Below the pieces are notes generated by a model that was not told the DNA's origin, did not search any database, and saw only the letters and a program-made list of their open reading frames with translations. 64,000 nucleotides of DNA from Candidatus Bruticola sp. (lineage in GTDB: Bacteria; Vulcanimicrobiota; Xenobia; Xenobiales; Xenobiaceae): the NCBI GenBank assembly GCA_051874735.1, contig JBJEGD010000022.1, positions 52,216 through 116,215 on the forward strand. The letters are read 5' to 3'. The position numbers and the translations under genes were made by a program. Position 1 is the stretch's first letter, and each line of letters opens with the position of its first letter. Of the stretch, positions 1-9,797 are shown in pieces.

Positions 1-283
1 CAATATAAATCAACAAGGTTAAAAAGGAACCTCACAGCCTGTGTTTTTGCTTTAAACCTGTTTTTTCACACAGTCACTCCTCTTATCCTTTTCTTTTGCG
101 TACATATAGTTATCGTAAACTATATTCATTTTTTACCTTCCCTAAAGAAGTAGGCCAATAAAAATAGATCCACGTCACTATTTTTTCATTAATTTTATAG
201 TTAAATTAGTATAAAGGCCTATGATATAAATTTGCCCAAAATTTTATAAAAAAGTTAACTGCACATTAACTGCCACTTTATTA

Positions 284-1420
284 TTAAACGGATTGGAGCA
301 GGATGCGCAAATGCATCAAGACAAATAAATGGTGAGCTCTTTGGTAAAACCAATTAAGATGGCTGATTTGATGCTCTAAGGCGAATGGCTCAGGTAGAAC
401 TTGAAATTCATTTTCCCAACTTAATAAACTTTCTACAAGAGGATCGCCGCTCTGCAGTTCTTCCCATACATTTTCATTTTCTAAAATATAGCCTAGTTCA
501 TCGGCGACAGAGGCTAACCAGTTTGCACACTGTCTAAATAGCGAATGGTTTTTTATTAACTTTTGTTCTATATTGCGGCCTAAATCTAAGATATAGTGCA
601 AATTGTAACTCGGCAATACACCGCTGCCCCAGCATAAATTCCAAGCTAAATTGGTATTGTGCAATAAATTATCAATATGAGCAGGATATAGGCGTTTTAA
701 ATTAAGATCTTGTACACGTTTTAACTCATTCACTTGCTGAATTAAACAGCGACTATTTTTGGGAAACGGCAAAGGCCATTCGACCATATCGCCAGCCCAA
801 AAAACTTTAAATCGCGGCAACAACACTCCTAACTGACCGGAGGTGTGAGCGTCTGCGCCGATAAATTCCGCTTCTAAACCGCCTAAATCGACTTTATCTC
901 CCTCCTGCCAAATAGTGTCAGGAAGTTCTATAAAACTATTGGAAAAATTTTGACCATTTTTACCGTTTAAAAGTAGTTCTATTTCCTTTTTTTCCACAGC
1001 ACGACACAAAGCATCAATAGTGGCAGACGAAGCACCTATGCGCAATTTATCTTTGAATATACGTTTAAACGGACGATTAGCCCAAGCATGATCCCAATCA
1101 GCATGCGTATTCAATAAATAGAAGTTTTGGGGGGTGAGTCCCTTAGAATGCCAGCGCTTTTTAACTGAAACTATAACTTCCTCAGCTAAATGCTCATCCC
1201 AACCGCTATCGATAAATAGAGCAGATTGTTTAGTAGTCAAAACATATACTAAGACTAAGTTATCCAACAAAAAGGAGCAAAAATCTAGACACCCCTGCTC
1301 CTCTGCCGCTAATGAATCAGTTAGCGAAAACTCTCGACAACGACCGCTCAATGATGGTGTTCCCTTTCTGTTCTGGGAATATTTTTTATGGAACAGATAT
1401 AGCTTCTCCGACCCCTCCAC
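284..1420 (-). CDS. MBL-fold metallo-hydrolase with C-terminal extension
   Basis: Motif NTHADWDHAWAN, an HxDxDH variant of the MBL HxHxDH metal-binding signature. Downstream Asp/His residues consistent with the MBL fold. C-terminal ~150 aa unassigned. Confidence 0.5.
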   Translation of the reverse strand: MEGSEKLYLFHKKYSQNRKGTPSLSGRCREFSLTDSLAAEEQGCLDFCSFLLDNLVLVYVLTTKQSALFIDSGWDEHLAEEVIVSVKKRWHSKGLTPQNFYLLNTHADWDHAWANRPFKRIFKDKLRIGASSATIDALCRAVEKKEIELLLNGKNGQNFSNSFIELPDTIWQEGDKVDLGGLEAEFIGADAHTSGQLGVLLPRFKVFWAGDMVEWPLPFPKNSRCLIQQVNELKRVQDLNLKRLYPAHIDNLLHNTNLAWNLCWGSGVLPSYNLHYILDLGRNIEQKLIKNHSLFRQCANWLASVADELGYILENENVWEELQSGDPLVESLLSWENEFQVLPEPFALEHQISHLNWFYQRAHHLFVLMHLRILLQSV

Positions 1421-2501
1421 CGTTTACATGCAACTCAACATCATCAGCAGCTTCTCTATCACCGTCATTAAGCCCTATATTTACTGATTGTGGTTCAACC
1501 GTTTCATAATCAGCAGCAGGTACTTCGCTACTGTCATCACTAACACTTTCTGCGGCAGAATCAGGGTTGTTATCTTCAAAAGCAGTATCCACTGCAGGCT
1601 TAGAGAGGCTATCCTCATAAACACCGCGGTCTACAGCCGCATTATCCGTATTATTCTCCGCTCCATCACTGTTATTATTATCTGCCGCCCGCACCTCCTC
1701 AACAGCGCTGTCATAAGGTACCGACTTACCATCTAAATTTGAAGAGGGAAGTTTAGGAGATATTTCATACTCCTTTATAAAAACGTTTTTAAAACGCACA
1801 TCTATAATATCAATTTTTTTATTTTTCATTCGAAATTGATCGAGTAAAGTACGAACAATTTCAAGTTTAATATTCAGATTATCCAAATTGCCAATCTTTA
1901 TGAGAGTTTCATGGTCCAAAAAATCTATGCAAATACTTATACTTTGAATACTATCAATAGCATAATAGATAGGCTTTATACTGAGAGCTTTCTCTATTTC
2001 ATGAGCGGCCCTAAGAACGACGCTGATGAGCGCATTGTTCATCTGCCCCAGTTTAGGAATAATGAAGTCGACTTTTAAACGCGGCAGATTGCTGAAACCG
2101 GGGCGTTCTTTGCTCAATATACATCCCTCACTATCGGTCAACAACCAATATATGGGATCATGTTCAGAGCTAACTAGTACTACTGGAGTACGCTCTTTTA
2201 CTTTAATGACTACCAAACCGCGTCTTTCTAACGAAATAGAATTTTCTAAAATGGCCGGATCCTTCAGAGGGTGAGTTCCACTATTCAAAAGTGAAGCCCA
2301 ATAATAAAGCCCCACCTTGTAAGGCGATTGACTAATTATTTCATCGTTACTGAAAAGATTATTGCCTTCAACCCGAATCTGCGAAATTTTGAATACAGGC
2401 GAAAGAAGAAAGACGCCCTGCGCTAAGCAGAAAAAAATGATTAAGATTACCCTCGATACCAGCCGCACAGAATAATTGGAAGGCAAGTGCATAGAAGACA
2501 A
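1386..2501 (-). CDS. ftsQ: Cell division protein FtsQ/DivIB-like (TM anchor + POTRA) with long acidic C-terminal tail
   Basis: N-terminal TM helix, then POTRA-like segment FKISQIRVEGNNLFSNDEIISQ...ERTPVVLV. Sits immediately downstream of murC in the dcw cluster. C-terminal ~110 aa is D/E/N/S-rich low complexity. Confidence 0.6.
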   Translation of the reverse strand: MSSMHLPSNYSVRLVSRVILIIFFCLAQGVFLLSPVFKISQIRVEGNNLFSNDEIISQSPYKVGLYYWASLLNSGTHPLKDPAILENSISLERRGLVVIKVKERTPVVLVSSEHDPIYWLLTDSEGCILSKERPGFSNLPRLKVDFIIPKLGQMNNALISVVLRAAHEIEKALSIKPIYYAIDSIQSISICIDFLDHETLIKIGNLDNLNIKLEIVRTLLDQFRMKNKKIDIIDVRFKNVFIKEYEISPKLPSSNLDGKSVPYDSAVEEVRAADNNNSDGAENNTDNAAVDRGVYEDSLSKPAVDTAFEDNNPDSAAESVSDDSSEVPAADYETVEPQSVNIGLNDGDREAADDVELHVNGGGVGEAISVP

Positions 2502-2611
2502 CGTCTGTTTTCCTCTCTTATTGAAGACTGATAATCAATTTTAGAATAAAAGAGGACATTAACCGCTATAAATTTAGCAGCCAGTCCTCATAGAATTTCC
2601 TAATACTTAAA

Positions 2612-4054
2612 TCAATTAATACAAGAATGTGAAGAAGTAAGACACTCAGCGCAACTAGCCGCACATTTATTGATATCGCCAGCCCCTAAGAAAAGCACAA
2701 TATCTCCCGCCCGACAGTTGCAATTAACATACTTTACGACATCGGCTGGAGATGGAGTATATACAACATCGTGAGGAGAGGTTAATTTCTGTTTTTGTAC
2801 TCCCTCTACAATGTCTTTGGCACTAACTCCGTTAGGCTGCTCACCAGCGGAATAAATATCTGTAACTAGAAGAACATCAGCTCCACCAAAGATCGAGCAG
2901 TACTCCTTCTGAAAAAATTTGGTGCGCGTATAGCGGTGAGGCTGAAATACAGCGATAATCCGCTTAGCTTCACCAGTGCGAGCTGCTTCTATAGCGGCCT
3001 TAATTTTACTAGGATTATGGGCGTAATCGTCAACAAGGGTCACGCCATCGAACTCTCCCAAAACTTGGAACCGACGCTGCACTCCTCTAAAGGCAGCCAT
3101 ATAGCGAGAGATATCCTCAAACTTTAAGCCGATCTCTAAACCGATAGCAATAGCAGCTAAAGCATTTTGAATGTTGTGGCGACCAGGGACTCGCAGAATA
3201 AGCTTTCCTAAAACTTGTCCTCTGCGCACGACCACACATTTGGAAGCGTAATTGGCGAAAGTTATGCTGACAGCTCGCACATCGTTACCTTCATCGAGTC
3301 CATAAGTAACAACTTTGCGCCTAACTTGTGGAATCAGCGAGCGCACTCCCTCATGATCGCCACACATTACGACAAATCCATCTTCAGCTACCCTATGAGC
3401 GAACTGCAAAAATAGCTCTTCCACACGCTGTCCCATTTTATCATGATCGTAACCACAATCGCAGTAAGCTTTAGTTGAAAGATTTACATCCGGATCGATA
3501 CTAGTAATGACCGCAGCATAAGGAGAGAGATCAACAAAAGACGCATCTGATTCATCGGCCTCAGCCACTAAATAGGGGCCTTTTCCCAACTTAGCATTTG
3601 AACCGATATCGTTAATTTCACCGCCTACTACAACAGTAGGATGCAATCCAGCCTCTTCTAGCAGGGTTGCGATCATTGATGTTGTGGTAGTTTTGCCATG
3701 AGTACCTGCAACTGCAATTCCTTTAGTCGGCTTCATGAGCAAACTCAGCATATGACCGCGCTGCACAATTAAAATGTTGCGTTTTTTGGCTTCAACAACT
3801 TCCGGATTATCAGCGGGAACAGCTGAAGAGACAACTACAACGTCTGTCTCGGCAGGAATATTATCAGCACTATGACCGCAGAAAATTTTGGCGCCCAATT
3901 CTTCCAAGCGCTGGGTTATACGCGAAATTTTCAAGTCTGAGCCAGAAACACTATGCCCCATCTGCAGCAAAATACGAGCGATACCGCTCATTCCAATTCC
4001 ACCGATGCCGACAAAATGGGCATGTTTAAAGTCTAACATCACATTATCTATCAT
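2612..4054 (-). CDS. murC: UDP-N-acetylmuramate--L-alanine ligase
   Basis: N-terminal HFVGIGGIGMSGIARIL, Mur-ligase P-loop GTHGKTTTTSMIA. Position in dcw cluster. Confidence 0.9.
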   Translation of the reverse strand: MIDNVMLDFKHAHFVGIGGIGMSGIARILLQMGHSVSGSDLKISRITQRLEELGAKIFCGHSADNIPAETDVVVVSSAVPADNPEVVEAKKRNILIVQRGHMLSLLMKPTKGIAVAGTHGKTTTTSMIATLLEEAGLHPTVVVGGEINDIGSNAKLGKGPYLVAEADESDASFVDLSPYAAVITSIDPDVNLSTKAYCDCGYDHDKMGQRVEELFLQFAHRVAEDGFVVMCGDHEGVRSLIPQVRRKVVTYGLDEGNDVRAVSITFANYASKCVVVRRGQVLGKLILRVPGRHNIQNALAAIAIGLEIGLKFEDISRYMAAFRGVQRRFQVLGEFDGVTLVDDYAHNPSKIKAAIEAARTGEAKRIIAVFQPHRYTRTKFFQKEYCSIFGGADVLLVTDIYSAGEQPNGVSAKDIVEGVQKQKLTSPHDVVYTPSPADVVKYVNCNCRAGDIVLFLGAGDINKCAASCAECLTSSHSCIN

Positions 4055-4160
4055 TTAAGAACAATCCTTTGATTATGGCACCTTCAAATCTTATTCAGAT
4101 AAGGAAGGCACATAAGTATTTTTTACCAGTTTTCAAAACTGCCCTCCCCGTTCCACTTAA

Positions 4161-5690
4161 TCATCGAATTTTGGGCAAAGCTTTTAAACGATTATGAGAG
4201 ATAACCTGTAAAATCTGAGCTATTACAGCCTCAGAGGCTCGCGGCCTACCTAAATTTCCAGAAGCAACGGCCATCTTTTTAAGTTCATCCTCATCATTCA
4301 GGAGCGATAATAAGCTACCTGATAACTCAGATTCAATTTGATTGTCCAAAATCACTTTAGCTGCTCCATTCTTTTCCAGCACGCGAGCATTGGCTTCCTG
4401 ATGATTTTCAGCAGCATAAGGGTAAGGAACTAATATCGAAGGCAACTTTCGAGCCGTAACCTCCGCTAAAGTTGTAGCTCCGGCACGACATATAACTAAA
4501 TCGGCTGCACCGTAAACAGAAGCCATATCATCCGTATAGGCCATTGGTCGATAATCGATACGACGACCTGACACCAAATCGCCGCTGCGCGAGCTTATCT
4601 CATCAATATGTTTCTGTCCCGTTAAATGGATTAATGTCAAATCCATATCGAGTAAAGTTGGCAATAAAGCTAAAACAGCCTTATTCAAACTAGCAGCTCC
4701 CTGGCTGCCTCCAACTACGGCTACACATTTTCTCTCAGCAGGAATATTGAGCGCTTGTCTAGCCTCAGCGCGTCCTTTTAGTAAAATAGAGGTTCGCACC
4801 GGATTGCCAGTCATAACCAATTTTGAAGGTTCAACACCAGTATAATTACCGGGTAGCGAGACACAAACTCTTTGTGCGAAACTGGCAATTAGTTTAGCCG
4901 ATTTCCCCATAAAAGCGTTCTGCTCCATAAGCAAAATGGGTATATCTAAACAAGCAGCCGCCAACGACACTGGAACAGAAACATATCCGCCAGAAGCAAC
5001 TAAAATGTCAGGTTTGAAAACAAGAAGATGGTACAAACTTTCAAAGAAACCAAGGCCCATTTTACAAACAGCTATCAATTTATCTGACCAACTGCCGCTC
5101 AATCCCTGAGCGTGAATATTTCGCAAACGGAAGCCTAACCTTTCCGCTATGCTACGACCGACTCCCTTATAAGCATCGAAAAAGAGCGTCTGAACTCCCC
5201 CACCTCCCCGCATAACTTCCGCTACCGCCAAAGCAGGGTACAGATGTCCACCTGTGCCGCCTCCAGCGAAAGCAACCTTAAGCGGCTTAACTCCAACTTG
5301 AGCTTTAAATGGAAATACTGCTGCAGATGGATTGATAAAACCAGGATGCATAGCAATGCCTGGCCTTATAACAGCCTGGTTAGCCCCGATATAAGCGCTA
5401 TTAGCAACTTTTTGCTGTAAAGGAGTTTGACTACTAAGCGAAGGAGTGTTGACCGGAACAGACACCTCTAAACTAGAGGTGCTCGGTCTATCGGCATTCG
5501 AAGACACAACCTTACTGCCTAGCACCTCTGAAGAAGCAGACAACGCGGCCTGACGAGTACCAAAAGCCTTAGCAATAGTCTTTGCAACTTCCGGAGATAA
5601 CTTCAAAGGACGAACTGACGAACTAATTTTCTCATCGTTACTGAGAATTTGATCATCTTTATCTTTTGGCACAATTATCGCACCCCTCAA
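4161..5690 (-). CDS. murG: UDP-GlcNAc:lipid I GlcNAc transferase MurG (ORF carries ~140 aa S/T/P-rich N-terminal extension)
   Basis: G-loop KVAFAGGGTGGHLYPALAVAEV begins ~residue 140. C-terminal GT28 motifs (ICRAGATTLAE). Possible internal start at MHPGF. Confidence 0.85.
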   Translation of the reverse strand: MRGAIIVPKDKDDQILSNDEKISSSVRPLKLSPEVAKTIAKAFGTRQAALSASSEVLGSKVVSSNADRPSTSSLEVSVPVNTPSLSSQTPLQQKVANSAYIGANQAVIRPGIAMHPGFINPSAAVFPFKAQVGVKPLKVAFAGGGTGGHLYPALAVAEVMRGGGGVQTLFFDAYKGVGRSIAERLGFRLRNIHAQGLSGSWSDKLIAVCKMGLGFFESLYHLLVFKPDILVASGGYVSVPVSLAAACLDIPILLMEQNAFMGKSAKLIASFAQRVCVSLPGNYTGVEPSKLVMTGNPVRTSILLKGRAEARQALNIPAERKCVAVVGGSQGAASLNKAVLALLPTLLDMDLTLIHLTGQKHIDEISSRSGDLVSGRRIDYRPMAYTDDMASVYGAADLVICRAGATTLAEVTARKLPSILVPYPYAAENHQEANARVLEKNGAAKVILDNQIESELSGSLLSLLNDEDELKKMAVASGNLGRPRASEAVIAQILQVISHNRLKALPKIR

Positions 5691-5907
5691 AAAAATTGAA
5701 CTGTGGCCTAGTATTGGTCAAAGCTGAGTCTACTTCCTGGCTAAAGGTTCGCTTTTTACCTCCATGTAAAAAAGAAAAACCGTTTAAGTGCATATTTTTT
5801 ATCTTTATTTGTGTATTCTAATGACAATCATTATTATAAGGCGAGTATTTTACTGCAGGATTGTCTGCTGTGCCAAGCAGATTGATTATTTTTTTAACTT
5901 AATAAAA

Positions 5908-7326
5908 TCAGTTATCCTTTATGTCGGATTCATCTGACAAACTAGGATCGACAACCGGAAGAGGTATACTACTCCGCGGCTCAATACATTTGCTTGAGGC
6001 AATAGCTTCCCACTCTGTAGAACGATGATGTACACTGCTCTGCTGATCTGAAGAAGATAAAGTAGCTCCTTCCCGTATAGCTTTCGGCTTTTTAACTTTA
6101 ATAGGACGAGTTTTTACCTCGGTATTACTATTAGTCGATATATTAAGCATTAGCCCCATGGAGACCATAGTTACTATTAGAGAACTCCCTCCCGCTGAAA
6201 CAAAAGGAAGAGGCAATCCTTTATTGGGAAGCAACCCGGTGACTACTCCTATATTGAAAAGAGTTTGTCCGACAATTTGCAAAGATATACCAAAGGCAAT
6301 TAAAGCTTTGTAAGGATCAGGACAGGTGAAAGATATTTCTATACAGCACATGATCAGCACAAGAAATATAAGCAGAAGCCCCAAAGAGCCTATTAGGCCA
6401 AGTTCCTCACAAATAATTGCATAAATAAAATCGCAATGCATTTCAGGCACAAAATCGAATTTTTGGCGTGAAAACGGAAAACCTACCCCCCAAATACCGC
6501 CTGAACCTATAGCTAAAAATGAGTTACAAGCCTGATATCCTATCCCCTGCGGATCGGACATCGGATCAAGCCAGCTAGACAATCTGGACATACGGTAGGA
6601 TTCTTTAAATATCATCAGCACTCCGCACAAGAAAGCTAATGAAGAAGATCCGACTGTAAATTGCCAAGGCGTACCTACAGCTATGAGCATCATAAATATG
6701 GTAACACCAATCACAACAATAGTACCGAGATCTTTACCCATTTCGATCAGGGCAAGTAGGACAGCACTAACAGCTAAGGCAGGCCACAACACCAGAAAAG
6801 TTTTATAAGCAACGTTGAAATTATATTGTAGCCACTCAAAGCTAAAAGTTCTAACACTGGAAACCTCCTGATCAACGCTCAAAGGAGATTCCTTAGCCTT
6901 AACTATCTCTTCATAATTACGGGCTAAAAAATCAGCCCAAAAAAGAATAATCGCTAGTTTAGCAAACTCTCCCGGCTGAAACTGCACCCCTCCGACAGAA
7001 GCCCAGCGGTTTACTTCGTTAACTGAACTGCTCAATAACGCCCAAATTTGTAAAGCCGCAGTTAAACAAACTAAAGGCAAACTGACAACCTGACGCCATT
7101 TGCTGAAGTCAAACCATTTGTAGATGCAAAACATCAACACGGAGCCTATAATAAAGAAAAGAACCTGACGGTTAAAGAAATGAAGTGAGCTATAATTGTA
7201 ATCAGGAGACAAAGCTCCTAGGCCTATCGAAGCCGAAAGCACAATCAGCAAACCGAAACAAACCAACACAGCAATAACTACGAACAGTGTTGAAGTAATC
7301 GGCTTATTAAAATACTCAAATTTCAT
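5908..7326 (-). CDS. ftsW: SEDS-family peptidoglycan glycosyltransferase FtsW
   Basis: Multi-TM FtsW/RodA/SpoVE-like sequence between murD and murG. ~80 aa hydrophilic C-terminal tail. Confidence 0.85.
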   Translation of the reverse strand: MKFEYFNKPITSTLFVVIAVLVCFGLLIVLSASIGLGALSPDYNYSSLHFFNRQVLFFIIGSVLMFCIYKWFDFSKWRQVVSLPLVCLTAALQIWALLSSSVNEVNRWASVGGVQFQPGEFAKLAIILFWADFLARNYEEIVKAKESPLSVDQEVSSVRTFSFEWLQYNFNVAYKTFLVLWPALAVSAVLLALIEMGKDLGTIVVIGVTIFMMLIAVGTPWQFTVGSSSLAFLCGVLMIFKESYRMSRLSSWLDPMSDPQGIGYQACNSFLAIGSGGIWGVGFPFSRQKFDFVPEMHCDFIYAIICEELGLIGSLGLLLIFLVLIMCCIEISFTCPDPYKALIAFGISLQIVGQTLFNIGVVTGLLPNKGLPLPFVSAGGSSLIVTMVSMGLMLNISTNSNTEVKTRPIKVKKPKAIREGATLSSSDQQSSVHHRSTEWEAIASSKCIEPRSSIPLPVVDPSLSDESDIKDN

Positions 7327-7364
7327 TTACAACAGCCCCCGATCAGTTACGTTATATAATTTAT

Positions 7365-8798
7365 TCATTCGATAACCGAGGCATATTCAGCAAACAGGCG
7401 CCCACGTTCCTCAGCATTGCGGAACATATCAAAACTAGAGCATGCAGGAGAAAGCAACACTACACCTCCACTTTCTCGTACCTGGCTCCATCCTATAGCT
7501 ACAGCTTCCTGCAAAGTTGACGCTCTGTAAATAGGTAGAGTTCCAAACTGACGTACCGTCTCTTCCAATCGGTCTGCAGCTTCACCAATTAAAACTAAAT
7601 AGTTGCAACCTTTAACAATAACCCGCCCCAAAGGAGAAAAATCGAATCCTTTGTCTTTACCACCGGCAATAAGAACTAAAGGAGCCCGCTTAAAAGCTTC
7701 TATAGCCGCTATTACAGAACTAGTATTCGTAGCTTTCGAGTCGTCAATAAAGCGAACACCTTTATAATTTCGCACTAACTCCATACGATAATGAAGAGGA
7801 CGATGGGCTTGCAAAGCAGCTTTTATATTTTCCTGACTGACATGAAGGAAACGAGCCACCACCACAGCAGCTAAAGCATTGGCTAAATTATGGGGGCCAG
7901 GAAGTCCTGGGTATTCATGTTCCTCCCAAGAAACTACTTGTTCGGCGCATGATTCATTTCTGTACCAAATCCAGCCTTTTTCGTACCAGGCGCCTTTAGC
8001 TACAGAATGATCGACAGAAAAAGTCATAACTTGCGGACAGGCGGCAACTTCTGGACGCGGGTAAGATGGCAACCAATTAGGAAGGAGACCTTGGCGCAAT
8101 AAACTAGCCATACGCTTAGCTTCTGGATCATCGTCGCTGAAAATAGCCAAGTCTGCCGGTCCCATTCTAGCGAACAAACGCGCTTTGGCGGCAAAGTATT
8201 CCTCTAAATTGGGATGACGATCTAAATGATCAGGTGTCACATTGGTCAAAACAGCGATGTGGGGGTGAAACAGATCGACACTTTCTAATTGAAAACTAGA
8301 AATTTCAGCCGTCACAAAACCGTCCGCCTCAGCCTTATCGACTTCAGCTACTAACGGATTGCCAATATTGCCGGCCAAAATAGAATGTTTTCCCAGCATA
8401 CGATCAATAAGAGTGACGGAAGTTGATTTGCCATTTGTACCTGTTACGGCAATAAATTGGGCTTTAGAAAGACTCCAAGCTATTTCTACCTCACCCAGAA
8501 CCTTAATTCTGCGGCGCATAGCTTCTTCAATCAGTGGGCTATGTATGGAGACTCCAGGGCTGATAACAATTATGTCACTATTGAAAATTTCATCAGAATG
8601 TCCCCCGCACTCGTAAGCAACTCCCAAGTGCTGCAGGGCGTCTATCGCTTCGGCGAGCTGCTCTGCCTTTCGAGAATCACTAACTAAAACTTCAGCTCCC
8701 CGCCCTTTTAACACCTCAGCTAAAGCTAGGCCACTCTTGCCCATTCCGATTATGGCGATCTTCTTGTTTTTATAAAGGTTATTAATAGTGGAGTTCAT
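7365..8798 (-). CDS. murD: UDP-N-acetylmuramoylalanine--D-glutamate ligase
   Basis: KKIAIIGMGKSGLALAEVL Rossmann N-terminus, GTNGKST P-loop. 4-nt overlap with mraY. Confidence 0.9.
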   Translation of the reverse strand: MNSTINNLYKNKKIAIIGMGKSGLALAEVLKGRGAEVLVSDSRKAEQLAEAIDALQHLGVAYECGGHSDEIFNSDIIVISPGVSIHSPLIEEAMRRRIKVLGEVEIAWSLSKAQFIAVTGTNGKSTSVTLIDRMLGKHSILAGNIGNPLVAEVDKAEADGFVTAEISSFQLESVDLFHPHIAVLTNVTPDHLDRHPNLEEYFAAKARLFARMGPADLAIFSDDDPEAKRMASLLRQGLLPNWLPSYPRPEVAACPQVMTFSVDHSVAKGAWYEKGWIWYRNESCAEQVVSWEEHEYPGLPGPHNLANALAAVVVARFLHVSQENIKAALQAHRPLHYRMELVRNYKGVRFIDDSKATNTSSVIAAIEAFKRAPLVLIAGGKDKGFDFSPLGRVIVKGCNYLVLIGEAADRLEETVRQFGTLPIYRASTLQEAVAIGWSQVRESGGVVLLSPACSSFDMFRNAEERGRLFAEYASVIE

Positions 8799-9772
8799 GA
8801 CAGACCTCCCATAAAATAGAGCACGCCGACTAGAGCCAGTATTACAGAAACAATCACGAAACGAGAAGTTACCTGAACTTCGTGGAGCCCACTTAATTCA
8901 AAGTGATGATGGATTGGACTCATTTTAAAAATCCGCTTGCCGTTAGTTAATTTAAAATAAGAAACCTGCATAATTACGGATAGCGCTTCAACTACAAAAA
9001 CTCCGCCTATAACGACAAGTAGGAATTCTGTGCCAGTAAGCAAAGCCAAAGCGGCTAGCGCTCCCCCTAAAGCTAGCGATCCGGTATCCCCCATAAAGAC
9101 ACGGGCAGGGAATACGTTGTACCACAAAAAACCTACACAAGCTCCAGCCATAGCAGACGCCGCCAAACAAAGTTCCATATGACCAGTATAAGCAGCGACA
9201 GCACTATAAGCTAGCAAAGCCACCGTACAAGTTCCTCCGGCTAGACCGTCGAGACCGTCAGTCAAATTAACAGCATTGACAGTCCCACTAGTCAACAGAA
9301 GAGTTAAACCTAGAAGCAACCAAGTACTGCTGACAAAGCCGAACACAGGCACAGTGACTCCCAGAGGCTCTCTTGTAAAGTATAGATAAACAAATAGAGC
9401 CAATCCCAATCCGAGGAGAGCAGCCATTTTATGGCGTGCTTTCAGACCTAAGCTGCGGTGTTTCATAAGCTTGCTTAAATCATCAGTCATGCCCAAAACA
9501 GCGCAAAATACAGTGACCATGCGAAAAACCCATAGGTCTAACGCATTAGGCGCCCAAAAACTAGCCAGCAGGCCGGCAAAAATAAGGACGATACCGCCCA
9601 TAGTAGGCGTTCCCGCTTTAGATAGATGTGCTTTGGGGCCTTCTTCACGAACTTCTTGTCCCCACCCATGACCTTTAGCCCAACGCAAAAAGATGGGCAT
9701 ACTTACTAATGACAATCCCAAACCTGTAAGAATAGTTAGCCCTATCAAATTCATCCCCGGCAAGTTACTCAT
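8795..9772 (-). CDS. mraY: Phospho-N-acetylmuramoyl-pentapeptide transferase
   Basis: Polytopic membrane protein with KAGTPTMGG motif. dcw position. Confidence 0.9.
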   Translation of the reverse strand: MSNLPGMNLIGLTILTGLGLSLVSMPIFLRWAKGHGWGQEVREEGPKAHLSKAGTPTMGGIVLIFAGLLASFWAPNALDLWVFRMVTVFCAVLGMTDDLSKLMKHRSLGLKARHKMAALLGLGLALFVYLYFTREPLGVTVPVFGFVSSTWLLLGLTLLLTSGTVNAVNLTDGLDGLAGGTCTVALLAYSAVAAYTGHMELCLAASAMAGACVGFLWYNVFPARVFMGDTGSLALGGALAALALLTGTEFLLVVIGGVFVVEALSVIMQVSYFKLTNGKRIFKMSPIHHHFELSGLHEVQVTSRFVIVSVILALVGVLYFMGGLS

Positions 9773-9797
9773 AAAACGCCTCTTTTTCCCAAAAATT

